Source of the DNA: Escherichia phage A4
Sequence record: ON286972
Length of the DNA stretch: 64,000 nt
Reading direction: 5' to 3' (one strand)
Below are positions 44,971-53,902 of the stretch, piece after piece (within the stretch, counting starts at the first letter, position 1; every line of letters begins with the position of its first letter). Made by a program: the position numbers and the translations under genes. A model generated the notes under the pieces. It did not search any database. It was given only the letters and a program-made list of their open reading frames with translations, and was not told where the DNA came from.

Positions 44971-45446
44971 ATATCTAACATGTTTAATTTGCCGTCCTTA
45001 ATAAGCTTCCTAGCCTGTTTTACACGAGCAGTAGTGTTGCTACCAGGGACAACTCCTAACCCTTCCAGAATCGCGTTTTGCTGCGTTGCTGGGAGCCTTT
45101 TAAACTTATTAACATCCACAGTTAATGCCGTGTGATGAATCACTTGCTCTTCTGGTGGAATATTATTGTTCTTTTCAAGATAATCTGCCAGATTTCTTAG
45201 TACTTCATGAAGAGGTTTATCAGTTAAATGACGCAAGTATCGATTGAAAGAGTTCTGCACCTTACCTTCCCATGCGTTAACCTCATTTTGTAGAACTTCT
45301 CTACAATGCTGGTTTTCGAAGTGATAGTGGTCGAGTACTGGTTTCTTAATCGGTTCCTTGATTATAGGATCAATACCTTTTTGCTTTTTTAATAATTCAT
45401 TTCTGTACGTAGCAGCTTCCTTACTATCTTTAAGTCTTCGTTTCAT
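44955..45446 (-). CDS. endonuclease VII-like nuclease (T4 gp49-like) lacking zinc-binding cysteines
   Basis: LDHYHFENQ...LQNEVNAWEGK...SFNRYL...YLEKN aligns with T4 endo VII LDHDHELNG...LCNLCNAAEGQ...KFNRSG...YLKSD; catalytic D/H/H/N/E kept, the four Cys ligands are absent. Confidence 0.55.
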   Translation of the reverse strand: MKRRLKDSKEAATYRNELLKKQKGIDPIIKEPIKKPVLDHYHFENQHCREVLQNEVNAWEGKVQNSFNRYLRHLTDKPLHEVLRNLADYLEKNNNIPPEEQVIHHTALTVDVNKFKRLPATQQNAILEGLGVVPGSNTTARVKQARKLIKDGKLNMLDIKKGS

Positions 45447-45469
45447 AATGTGCCTTAGATCTAAGTTAG

Positions 45470-45486
45470 TTTATGAAATATTTATG
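45470..45486 (-). promoter_or_regulatory. late-promoter-like motif before the endo VII-like gene
   Basis: Minus-strand CATAAATATTTCATAAA ~25 nt upstream of ATG 45446. Confidence 0.4.
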
Positions 45487-45543
45487 AAATACATTCCTAA
45501 GAAATTTTTAAGTACTTTTTTTATAAAAAAGATTAGATATTTT

Positions 45544-45571
45544 GAGACACTTTTAAATTGCGTGCTATAAT
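45544..45571 (+). promoter_or_regulatory. sigma70-like promoter firing into the ORF-free region
   Basis: GAGACA-N16-TGcTATAAT; same spacing as the clpA and gene 55 promoters. Confidence 0.45.
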
Positions 45572-45577
45572 GTTTCA

Positions 45578-46064
45578 TGTAGTACTGACAATCCTGTTGA
45601 ATGCAGAAATGCATATAAATTAGAACCTAATCCACTCGAAAATGTAGAGGGTAGATGAGCAGTTCAACAGTGCGATGAGCAAAAGAAACCCGTTAGATGT
45701 GGGCATATTATGAACCCCTCACGGCGACACGGCTCAATAAAGAACTCCGATAAGCATACAGAGAGTTCCTCGATAGTTCCTCGATAGATGTATAAGGATC
45801 GCACCTTACCAGATTTGCTAAGGGAGTTTGATGATTCATTTCATTAAACAGCCTGAAGTTTGATTGTATAGACTTTCAGGTGAGTGTCAGGATGTTTAAG
45901 ACTGACGACCGTTGCACATGACTGCGATAGAGAGAAACAGAGCAACCCGCTTTCGTTCTTAATATTTTTACAATATAATTACGTTTAAATTTTAAGAAAT
46001 TCGCAATACAATAATACCGATGCCATCAGCGTCAAGAAACAGAGACTTAATTGTCTCTTTTTTA
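45578..46064 (+). ncRNA. candidate non-coding transcript (promoter to terminator), family unknown
   Basis: Bounded by the promoter at 45544-45571 and the hairpin/T-run at 46041-46064; contains an 8-bp stem-loop (CCTGAAGT...ACTTTCAGG), a tandem 11-bp repeat and only very short ORFs. Confidence 0.3.
46041..46064 (+). terminator. candidate terminator inside the ORF-free region
   Basis: AGAGAC-ttaatt-GTCTCT then TTTTTT. Confidence 0.5.
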
Positions 46065-46149
46065 TTATCTTCATTCCCCTGCGGGGGGATGAAATATCCT
46101 CAACAAATCCCGTCAAGTATTAAATCATTTAAAGTTCTTTATAATTATA

Positions 46150-46245
46150 TTAAAATGAATATGAGTTAACGTAGTTAACGAATATTCTTCAGCTAACGAA
46201 TGAAATGAGTTAGATGAGTTCAATATAAATCAAATGAATTCCTTC
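46150..46245. repeat. cluster of short direct repeats (iteron-like)
   Basis: GTTAACG x2, TAACGAAT x2, ATGAGTT x3 within ~90 bp, followed by an A-tract. Confidence 0.4.
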
Positions 46246-46307
46246 AAGAATAAATCTTTTAAGATCATAATTTCTTTCATCTACTTTGTAAGTAAAAATC
46301 CAAAAAA

Positions 46308-46341
46308 CAAAAACAAAAAAAAACCAGCAACAATGTGCTGG
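46308..46341 (-). terminator. rho-independent terminator
   Basis: Minus-strand CCAGCA...UGCUGG hairpin followed by a run of nine U. Confidence 0.6.
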
Positions 46342-46354
46342 CTTCTTATGAGTA

Positions 46355-46516
46355 TTAGTGCTTCTCGTTCATCTTCTTTACTTTCTTATTGTATGCCTTA
46401 ATAAGCATATCTCTGTCATTTACTGGCATATTAAGTAGAGTTGCATAATCGACATTATCTACATAAACAGCAGCATCCATAAGGGCATTTTTAATATCTG
46501 ATTTATTCAACTCCAT
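46355..46516 (-). CDS. small hypothetical protein (53 aa)
   Basis: Short ORF (MELNKSDIKNALMDAAVYVDNVDYATLL...) between the zinc-ribbon gene and a terminator; weak Shine-Dalgarno; below ORF-track size cut-off. Confidence 0.2.
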   Translation of the reverse strand: MELNKSDIKNALMDAAVYVDNVDYATLLNMPVNDRDMLIKAYNKKVKKMNEKH

Positions 46517-46533
46517 ATCATCCAGAAGTTCTT

Positions 46534-47421
46534 TTATTTCTTCTGGGTTTGAGAAGAGAAGCTGAGATCGAAAAAATGAGTAGGGTCATACTTTAATCCA
46601 GTAAGTTCCCATTGATGCTGACATTCAATACATTCAACTTCCATTGTATGCGATACACCAATCTCTAGTACTTCATCCATTTTCTCTCTGATTTGCTTGA
46701 TCACTTCTTTTGATTGAGTACCTAACCATTCACTTATGAATTTCTTATCTGATACTTCATCACCATCAGGAGTAATTACTTTATCAATAACTCCAGCAAT
46801 CATATCAAAGTTTAGTTGTGCCATGTTTTCAAATACTTCAGAAAACATTTTAATTTTATCATCTTCTGAAATATCAATAGTACTCTCAAGATACTTAGTT
46901 TTTTGTTGTTCAGCTAACATACGTTGAGAAAACTCTGAATATTCTTTCCAAGTAAGTGGTCTGAACTGAAGAGACAAACCATTATTAAGATCAATACTAG
47001 GAATTTCAGTAAAAGATTCTGCCGTTTCCAATAGATAAGAAAGATCACGTTCAAAACGGCCTTCTTTGGAACATGATGGACATACGACATTGACATCATA
47101 ACTGGTTTCTTTGGATGCTAACTTGATAGCAATAAGAATTTGCTCAACATCATTGACAAAAAGCTCATCTGCGTTTAGAATGTTTGGTACACAGTTTTCG
47201 ATAACAGATGACACTGCACTACCATTGAGTAACATATCAGGTGTATTGAGCATCATTTCGTCACGAGCACTACGAGCACAGACACCACATTTAATGCCTT
47301 TGCTCCCCAATACACCATCTTTGTACTGGAAAATGTTGTTAGTGACGAGTTTAGTACTAATTTCTTCGATTTTTGTGTATTTTGCTAACGGGTTCATTGA
47401 CATAATACTTTCTCCATGCAA
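46534..47421 (-). CDS. Cys-rich (zinc-ribbon) hypothetical protein
   Basis: 295-aa ORF with CGVC, CPSC and CIEC pairs suggesting two zinc ribbons; function unassigned. Confidence 0.5.
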   Translation of the reverse strand: MHGESIMSMNPLAKYTKIEEISTKLVTNNIFQYKDGVLGSKGIKCGVCARSARDEMMLNTPDMLLNGSAVSSVIENCVPNILNADELFVNDVEQILIAIKLASKETSYDVNVVCPSCSKEGRFERDLSYLLETAESFTEIPSIDLNNGLSLQFRPLTWKEYSEFSQRMLAEQQKTKYLESTIDISEDDKIKMFSEVFENMAQLNFDMIAGVIDKVITPDGDEVSDKKFISEWLGTQSKEVIKQIREKMDEVLEIGVSHTMEVECIECQHQWELTGLKYDPTHFFDLSFSSQTQKK

Positions 47422-47480
47422 TAATTATGAAAGTATTTATGTATGTTCAAAACTTCAAAATCACCCAAGAGGAATATTTT

Positions 47481-47969
47481 ATGATAAAGACAACAATCAA
47501 ACGTTTGTTCCAAGCCTTTGGTATCTTTATGGTTGTTATGTTAGTAATCGGTATGATTGTTCCGAAAAGCGAAACATCCACAACTAAAGAATCAGAGTAC
47601 AAAGAGCAGTTAACTAAACGTGAATTACCAACACAAATTGTTAGCTACAAAGGTAAACTGTATAACGAAGATCCTAACGAGGAACATTTAAAATGGACAT
47701 TCATCCAATTCACTGTTAACGGTGATGAAGTACTGATGGGTCAGACATATGAATCATGGAGTTATATTGGAAGTACTGCATCTGGATATGATGTTTATTA
47801 CAACATTAACGACTTCACTTATACTGTCGGCGGTGTTCAAAAGACAGTAAAACTTGAAGGTACATTGTATGTTAATAGAGAAACAAACTCTATCATATTC
47901 AGTAATAAAAATGTTAGTGACGGTTCACCAAAACGAACCTATAGTGCAGTACTGGAACCACGATACTAA
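47481..47969 (+). CDS. membrane-anchored hypothetical protein
   Basis: Start set at ATG 47481 (AAGAGGA Shine-Dalgarno); one N-terminal hydrophobic helix FGIFMVVMLVIGMIV then soluble domain; terminator follows. Confidence 0.45.
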   Translation: MIKTTIKRLFQAFGIFMVVMLVIGMIVPKSETSTTKESEYKEQLTKRELPTQIVSYKGKLYNEDPNEEHLKWTFIQFTVNGDEVLMGQTYESWSYIGSTASGYDVYYNINDFTYTVGGVQKTVKLEGTLYVNRETNSIIFSNKNVSDGSPKRTYSAVLEPRY

Positions 47970-47989
47970 AATAATTAAATAAAATCAAA

Positions 47990-48024
47990 GCCCATATGGT
48001 TAATATCCATGTGGGCTTTTTTTA
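47990..48024 (+). terminator. rho-independent terminator
   Basis: 10-bp stem GCCCATATGG/CCATGTGGGC (one wobble) then TTTTTTT. Confidence 0.7.
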
Positions 48025-48037
48025 TACATTGCATTTC

Positions 48038-48053
48038 ATAAATATTCCTATAT
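48038..48053 (+). promoter_or_regulatory. late-promoter-like motif
   Basis: ATAAATATTCCTATAT ~25 nt before ATG 48077. Confidence 0.45.
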
Positions 48054-48076
48054 AAACTTAATGTAGGAATTATTAT

Positions 48077-50248
48077 ATGGCTGTAAACAACAGTGATTAC
48101 TTACTACAACAGATAGTGAATAAATCTAATGATACCGTAGATGGTCTTTCAGCTATACGTGAATTGTTAGCAGAAAGTTTAAAGAATGATAAAAAGAAAA
48201 ATAATGGTGGTGGTAACCCATCACCTGGCGATTCATCTGGACCAAGTGGTGGTGGACGCGGTTCTCGTGGTAATTCATCCTCTATGGGTAAAATGTTCAG
48301 AGCAATGTCCAGCGAAATGACAAACGTTGGTAAAACAATGATGAGTACTTCAGCGAATGTCAGTACTGTCATTAACTCAATGGGTATGAGTGCATCATCC
48401 GTAGCTGGCTCTCTTTCTATGATCCCTGGTCCTGTAGGAATGGCAGCATCAGCATTTAAAATGGTTGCTGATGTAGGGATGGCAGTATATAACGTAATGA
48501 ACGCCCAGCTTGAAATGTACAACAGAGTCAACAGTGCGGGTGTTTCTCTTGCTGAAGGTTATGGCTCTTTGCTAAAAGGTTCAGGTTCAGCGTTAATGTC
48601 TATGGATCTATTCAGTGAAGTAATATCAACTCATAGTGATGTTATTGCACAATTGGATGGTTCGTATGGAGATGGCGTTAAGGAATTTGGTAAATTGTTA
48701 GGTGTAGTTCAAAATGCCCAAGATAAACTTGGCCTATATGGTATGTCACAAAAAACTTTATCAGATTTAGCAGCACGTAACATCAAAATTCAAAAACAAT
48801 TTGGTGGTGCAGAACTAGTAAGGAATATAAACCAAGCACAAAGTACCCAAGAGTTAATTAAAACTATGTCTACTTTTAGTAAGACAATGGGTATGTCAAT
48901 TGATGAATTACTTAAAAAGACACAATCACTTGATAAATCATTTGATGCAAGAATACTAAAAACTACACTAAACAACTGGGTGGGACTATCAGAAGAAACC
49001 GCAACATTAACCACTAAAGCACTTACCGAAGCGGCAGGTGGTATGGGGGATATGGGTACTGATTTCCTAAGATTGATTAGCCACAGAATATCAATTGGTG
49101 GTGTTCCTGATGATTTATTATCTCCAATGATTAGCGAATTCGCTGACCTTGGTGAGAACATGGTTAAGTCTGGTGTAACCGATGCAAAAGCTATACGTGA
49201 AGCACAATATCAGTGGGTGAAGAAAAACAGAAAACGCGTTGAAGCAGATATGGAAGATATGCAACGAAGTCAAAACTTCACCGCTGCCGCATTTGCTAAG
49301 CAAATGTTAGATATGGAAGCTGCAATTAATGCTGACAAAAATCGACCAGCAGATAAAATCGCAGAATTTACTGATAGATTGAACAGATGGGTCAGTACTG
49401 AATTTGTTGCTCCATTCAATAAAATGTATGCTGATGTTCAAAATAATGTTGTTGATTATTTGACAGCAATTGCAGATCGTACCGATAGTGCATGGGGATT
49501 TATTTGGGAATTGGCTAAAGATGGATTTGGGTTAGTTCCAATATTCAAGGATGCGGTTTCTTATGTTGACCGTATTGGTAACGAATTTGTATTATGGCTT
49601 GAGGGATTGGGTTCTGACATATTTGGGGACACATATACTCAAGTTTCAAAAGCATTCGATGACTTCATGAAGAATCTCATGGATTTACCTGGAAAGTTAT
49701 GGGATAAAGTAAAAGGATGGTTTGGTTCAGATGATAAATCTGAAAAACAAGAAGAACCTAAAAAGAAAATAGAAGAGAAAGCTACATCTTTCTGGGATTC
49801 TATTGGTAATTCAGTAGACGATTTCACAAAATTTGTAGAAGAAAAAACACTTGACTTCCAAAAATGGAAATCTTCTAAATTATATACACCACCTAGACCA
49901 TTTAACGTAGATAATGCATATCGAGTCTTGGGCTATGAACCACCTAAAAACGTCCAGACTACAGTAATGCCAAATACACCACCTATGATGGAATTAACTC
50001 GTAAACATTATGATAAATCCGCATGGAAACCTGGTGAAGCACCATTCCCACCAGAACCAGATCGTGATATAAAATCTCTGGTAACGCCTCAAAACGGAAC
50101 TATAAATAATGACATGAGTTCAGAAGAGATCAAAGAAATTTTTAAACGTCTAGCAGAAATGAGTGAACAATCACTCGCAGCAACAAATCAGACAAATAAT
50201 TACTTAAGAACAATTTCTGAAAATACACAAGGTGAACGCAATAGTTAA
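48077..50248 (+). CDS. hypothetical virion protein (Gly/Ser/Met-rich N-terminus)
   Basis: 723-aa ORF immediately upstream of portal; late promoter motif upstream. Confidence 0.4.
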   Translation: MAVNNSDYLLQQIVNKSNDTVDGLSAIRELLAESLKNDKKKNNGGGNPSPGDSSGPSGGGRGSRGNSSSMGKMFRAMSSEMTNVGKTMMSTSANVSTVINSMGMSASSVAGSLSMIPGPVGMAASAFKMVADVGMAVYNVMNAQLEMYNRVNSAGVSLAEGYGSLLKGSGSALMSMDLFSEVISTHSDVIAQLDGSYGDGVKEFGKLLGVVQNAQDKLGLYGMSQKTLSDLAARNIKIQKQFGGAELVRNINQAQSTQELIKTMSTFSKTMGMSIDELLKKTQSLDKSFDARILKTTLNNWVGLSEETATLTTKALTEAAGGMGDMGTDFLRLISHRISIGGVPDDLLSPMISEFADLGENMVKSGVTDAKAIREAQYQWVKKNRKRVEADMEDMQRSQNFTAAAFAKQMLDMEAAINADKNRPADKIAEFTDRLNRWVSTEFVAPFNKMYADVQNNVVDYLTAIADRTDSAWGFIWELAKDGFGLVPIFKDAVSYVDRIGNEFVLWLEGLGSDIFGDTYTQVSKAFDDFMKNLMDLPGKLWDKVKGWFGSDDKSEKQEEPKKKIEEKATSFWDSIGNSVDDFTKFVEEKTLDFQKWKSSKLYTPPRPFNVDNAYRVLGYEPPKNVQTTVMPNTPPMMELTRKHYDKSAWKPGEAPFPPEPDRDIKSLVTPQNGTINNDMSSEEIKEIFKRLAEMSEQSLAATNQTNNYLRTISENTQGERNS

Positions 50249-50263
50249 AGGATTAATAATATA

Positions 50264-51991
50264 ATGAGTTGGAAACGTCACATGACTATGGGAAGATCAA
50301 AATTATCGATCGTACCCCAGCAATCCAATAGTAATAAATCCCCTGGGAGCAAAACTAATTTTGCTTCCTACCTTCCGGTGGTTTATAACGGATTGGCAAA
50401 CCGTACTGACCGTTACAGTCAATACGACCAGATGGATCAAGACCCAGAAATCAGAACGGCACTAAACATTATTGCTGACTTTTGTACACAGAGTACTGAA
50501 GATTTTGGTCTACCATATAAAATTAAATATAAAGATAATATTGGTGATACGGAAGTAACCACTATTGAAGACCGCTTAGATGCATGGACTGAACAGAATG
50601 ATTTCAAAACAAGAATGTATGAAATTGTTCGCGGACTACTTAAGTACGGTGACCAGTTCTTTATTCGTGACCCAGAAACATTCGACTGGTATTGGGTTAA
50701 CCCAAAAAATGTCGAACAGGTTTTTGTTAACGAAGCAACCGGAAAAACACCAGTAATATACTATATAAGAGATGTATCTCTTAACCTTAAAGATAAAGTT
50801 TTTAGTAACCTTCAAATTGGTTTTGATAAAGCTTCATATCCAGGGGCAATACCGAACACACTAGGTGGTGGTGGTCAAGTTGCCGCAGGTGGTGCATCTG
50901 GTTTTACCAACCAAGGTAATAGTTCCGATCCATTTAATACAAATGGTCGTATGGATATTATACCAGTTGGTGCAGAACACGTAATTCATCTGTCACTAAA
51001 TACAGGACAAGATGGAGTTTGGCCTTTCGGTACAAGTATACTAGAAGATGTCTTTAAAGTCTACAAACAAAAAGAACTTCTTGAAGATAGTATTATTATC
51101 TATCGTGTACAACGTGCACCAGAACGCCGCGTATTCAAAATTGATGTTGGTGATATGCAAACTAACCAAGCAATGGCATATGTTGAACGCTTTAAAAATG
51201 AAATCCATCAAAGACGTATACCTTCTAATAAAGGTGGCAGTACTTCATTGATGGATGCAGCATACAACCCACTAAGTATATTGGAAGACTATTTCTTCCC
51301 ACAAACTTCCGAAGGTCGTGGTTCAGATGTTCAAACACTACCTGGTGGTGATAACTTAGGTCAGATTGATGACTTGAGATATTTTAATAATAAACTAATT
51401 CGTGGCTTACAAATCCCAGCATCTTACCTTCCACAAGGTCCAGATGACGGCGGCGTATCACTATTTGGTGATGGTGCAACTCAAGCAATGGCAAGTGAAT
51501 TACGTTTTAATAACCAATGTATGCGTTATCAGCGTCTAGTTGCAAAAATTTTCGATGCCGAATTTAAGCGTTTTATGGTAAAAAATGGATATAACATTAG
51601 TACTTCTTCTTTTGAAGTTATTATGAATCCACCAATTAACTTGGCTTCTTATCGTAAAGCAGAATTGGATGCGAAACTCATTAATACATATATGCCACTT
51701 AATGAATTACCATATATGGCGAAACAAACTATCCTTGAAAAAATGGGCTTCTCCCAGAAAGATATTGTTAAAAATGAACAGCTATGGTTACAAGAGAATC
51801 CACAAGATTCTAATGCACCACAACAAGAAGATGTTGCTGGATTACAGTCAGTTGGTATCGACTCTCCTAATGACCCAGGTATGGACCTAGGATTAGATGC
51901 AGATGGTAATCTGGAAAGTGCTGACGCTGAATACCAAAATCAGCAAGGAAATGGCTCTTTTGACCCTAATAATTTAGGTGAATCTTTTTAA
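50264..51991 (+). CDS. gp20: portal vertex protein gp20
   Basis: IIYRVQRAPERRVFKIDVGDM...TLPGGDNLGQIDDLRYF aligns with T4 gp20 [21 protein letters not shown]...TLPGADNTGNMEDIRWF. Confidence 0.9.
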   Translation: MSWKRHMTMGRSKLSIVPQQSNSNKSPGSKTNFASYLPVVYNGLANRTDRYSQYDQMDQDPEIRTALNIIADFCTQSTEDFGLPYKIKYKDNIGDTEVTTIEDRLDAWTEQNDFKTRMYEIVRGLLKYGDQFFIRDPETFDWYWVNPKNVEQVFVNEATGKTPVIYYIRDVSLNLKDKVFSNLQIGFDKASYPGAIPNTLGGGGQVAAGGASGFTNQGNSSDPFNTNGRMDIIPVGAEHVIHLSLNTGQDGVWPFGTSILEDVFKVYKQKELLEDSIIIYRVQRAPERRVFKIDVGDMQTNQAMAYVERFKNEIHQRRIPSNKGGSTSLMDAAYNPLSILEDYFFPQTSEGRGSDVQTLPGGDNLGQIDDLRYFNNKLIRGLQIPASYLPQGPDDGGVSLFGDGATQAMASELRFNNQCMRYQRLVAKIFDAEFKRFMVKNGYNISTSSFEVIMNPPINLASYRKAELDAKLINTYMPLNELPYMAKQTILEKMGFSQKDIVKNEQLWLQENPQDSNAPQQEDVAGLQSVGIDSPNDPGMDLGLDADGNLESADAEYQNQQGNGSFDPNNLGESF

Positions 51992-52061
51992 TAATAAATA
52001 ACAATGTATATAAATGAAGGGAACGTAAAAAATTCCCTTCATATTAATGCAAGGAGATAGC

Positions 52062-52292
52062 ATGTTAAAGGATATCTTTGAATCGAATTCTGATTCTATG
52101 TACGACCCTGAAGATGATCAGACCGTATATAAAATTACGGATTCTAGAAAACCCAAACTCACATTGCAAGTACTTAACAATCTGCGTAAGTACAGAGAAT
52201 TTAAAGCAAATGAAGAACAGCGTAGAAATAATGTAGTCGCTGTTGTTTATGCTCCAGCACCAGCACCTGATGCTAATGCCGGAATGATGTAA
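52062..52292 (+). CDS. small head-module protein (possible prohead core component)
   Basis: 76-aa ORF between portal and acidic protein; start at ATG 52062 five nt after AAGGAG. Confidence 0.4.
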   Translation: MLKDIFESNSDSMYDPEDDQTVYKITDSRKPKLTLQVLNNLRKYREFKANEEQRRNNVVAVVYAPAPAPDANAGMM

Positions 52293-52333
52293 TACCTTAA
52301 AAATCGCTCTTTTTAAAGCTTTTAAAAATGACG

Positions 52334-52363
52334 AATTTTTTCAGTACTAAATAATATCATACT
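52334..52363 (+). promoter_or_regulatory. conserved 30-nt leader element before the acidic head protein gene
   Basis: AATTTTTTCAGTACTAAATAATATCATACT; near-identical to 55102-55133. Confidence 0.45.
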
Positions 52364-52396
52364 TTATAGGAATTAAATATATCTTTGGAGGATATA

Positions 52397-53239
52397 ATGG
52401 CTAATTTAAAACTACTACAAGAAGCAATCGAAGCTTTTGCTAACGGCGAGCAAGATGTAGCTGATAAAAAAATGCGTAAGTACTTTGTTGAACAAGCACA
52501 AGAAATTAACAAAGAACTAGAAGAAAGCATGGACGACGAAGAATGCTGCGATGAAGACGACAAAGAAGAGAAACTAGAAGAAGACTTCGACGTTTCCCCA
52601 GATGCTGGTCTTAATAGTCAAATCGAATATTCTCTTGGTGAAGAAGACAAGAGTGCTGAAGATGATATCGAATTCCAAGCTGGTGAAGAAGATTCTGAAG
52701 GTGAAGTTGGTGCAGAAGGTGAAGAAGTCCCTTCCGAAGACCAATGGGCGTCCATTCAAGATGCTTTCCGTGGCCTACAACAAATGTTTGATGAAATCTC
52801 CGGCGAAGGTGAAGTTGACCTAGACGCTGAAGAACCAGTAGGTGGCGAAGAAGAAGTTGATCTAGAAGTTGGTTCCGAAGACGGCGGTGATGATTTCGCT
52901 GATGTTCAATTCGGTGATGAAAAAGTTGGTGAGTCTTTCAAACTAAAAGCAGTTGCTGATGTTGATAAGAAAGAAAAAGCTGGTGCAAATACTAAATCCC
53001 CAGTTGCTTCCCAAGCTAAATCTCCAGTACAAGGCGTAGCTCCAGTAAAAATCGCTAAAAACTCAACTCCAGTAGTTGATGACAAATTTGATGGCGTAGA
53101 TACTGAATCTCACACCGTACCAGAAGATATGAATAATGTTATGGATAGCGGCAAAGGCGTAATGAAAGACGTTAAGAAAGTAACCACTGGTTCTTCTAAG
53201 TCTCGTTCCCCACTACCAAAATCACAACCAAAATTCTAA
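52397..53239 (+). CDS. highly acidic prohead core / scaffold-like protein
   Basis: Long Asp/Glu runs (EEDSEGEVGAEGEEVPSED...); start at ATG 52397 after GGAGG (track start 52385 is TTG inside the Shine-Dalgarno). Confidence 0.5.
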   Translation: MANLKLLQEAIEAFANGEQDVADKKMRKYFVEQAQEINKELEESMDDEECCDEDDKEEKLEEDFDVSPDAGLNSQIEYSLGEEDKSAEDDIEFQAGEEDSEGEVGAEGEEVPSEDQWASIQDAFRGLQQMFDEISGEGEVDLDAEEPVGGEEEVDLEVGSEDGGDDFADVQFGDEKVGESFKLKAVADVDKKEKAGANTKSPVASQAKSPVQGVAPVKIAKNSTPVVDDKFDGVDTESHTVPEDMNNVMDSGKGVMKDVKKVTTGSSKSRSPLPKSQPKF

Positions 53240-53269
53240 TAATAAATAAAACAAAGAAAGGAGATCATT

Positions 53270-53890
53270 ATGAGTATGATTCGTGAATGGTCTTCATTCA
53301 ATGATTCACAAATTGTTATGGAACATCGTGATAATGGGCTGGGAGGTCGCGATTGCTATCTTCGTGGTATCGCAATTCAAGCTGACCAGCGTAATTTGAA
53401 CGAAAGAATTTACCCTTTAGCCGAAATTGCTAAAGCTGTTAATAATATGGCTCAACGTTTGGCTAAAGGCGAAAGCATTCTAGTAGAATGTGACCACCCT
53501 GAAACTTTGACTATTAACCTTGACCGTGTAGCAGCAATGATTACTAAAGTCTGGATGGAAGGTTCTAATGGGATGGCAGAAATCAAATTACTTGATACTG
53601 CACATGGTCAAAATATTCGTAAAATGCTCGAAGCAGGTGTAAAACTTGGTGTAAGTTCTCGTGGTTCCGGTAACGTTGATTATAATGGAATAGTTTCTGA
53701 TTTCGAAATTATCACAATTGATATTGTTGCTCAACCTAGTGCTCCCGAAGCGTACCCAACAGCGGTATTTGAGTCTTTGATGAGTAAGTACGGCTCACCT
53801 TGCAATGGACCTAAAAAAATCACAGAATCTAAATCAGTAAATAAACTAGATTCTGAAATTTATGATTTTTTCAAGAAATTAAAAGGTTAA
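53270..53890 (+). CDS. gp21: prohead core protease gp21
   Basis: NERIYPLAEIAKAV, VECDHPE, GVSSRGSGN, VAQPSAPEAYPT align with T4 gp21 KRLYPKRILEKAV, GELNHP, GVSSRGLGS, VWGPSAPDAWVTP. Confidence 0.9.
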   Translation: MSMIREWSSFNDSQIVMEHRDNGLGGRDCYLRGIAIQADQRNLNERIYPLAEIAKAVNNMAQRLAKGESILVECDHPETLTINLDRVAAMITKVWMEGSNGMAEIKLLDTAHGQNIRKMLEAGVKLGVSSRGSGNVDYNGIVSDFEIITIDIVAQPSAPEAYPTAVFESLMSKYGSPCNGPKKITESKSVNKLDSEIYDFFKKLKG

Positions 53891-53902
53891 CATTTTAAAA
53901 TT

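Noticed and set aside
45572-46533. tRNA genes or a group I intron in the ORF-free region
   Set aside because: No T-arm-like GTTCRANYC with flanking 5-bp stems and no acceptor-stem pairing seen; no convincing group I core elements and no split flanking gene. Needs tRNAscan-SE/Infernal to be definitive.
47111-47587. Plus-strand 158-aa ORF overlapping the zinc-ribbon gene
   Set aside because: Antisense to ORF 46534-47421 for most of its length; the real plus-strand gene begins at ATG 47481 with a good Shine-Dalgarno.
47481-47969. Holin call for the membrane-anchored 162-aa protein
   Set aside because: Single N-terminal helix with a large soluble domain is compatible with a T-type holin but equally with periplasmic immunity proteins; no endolysin partner is adjacent.
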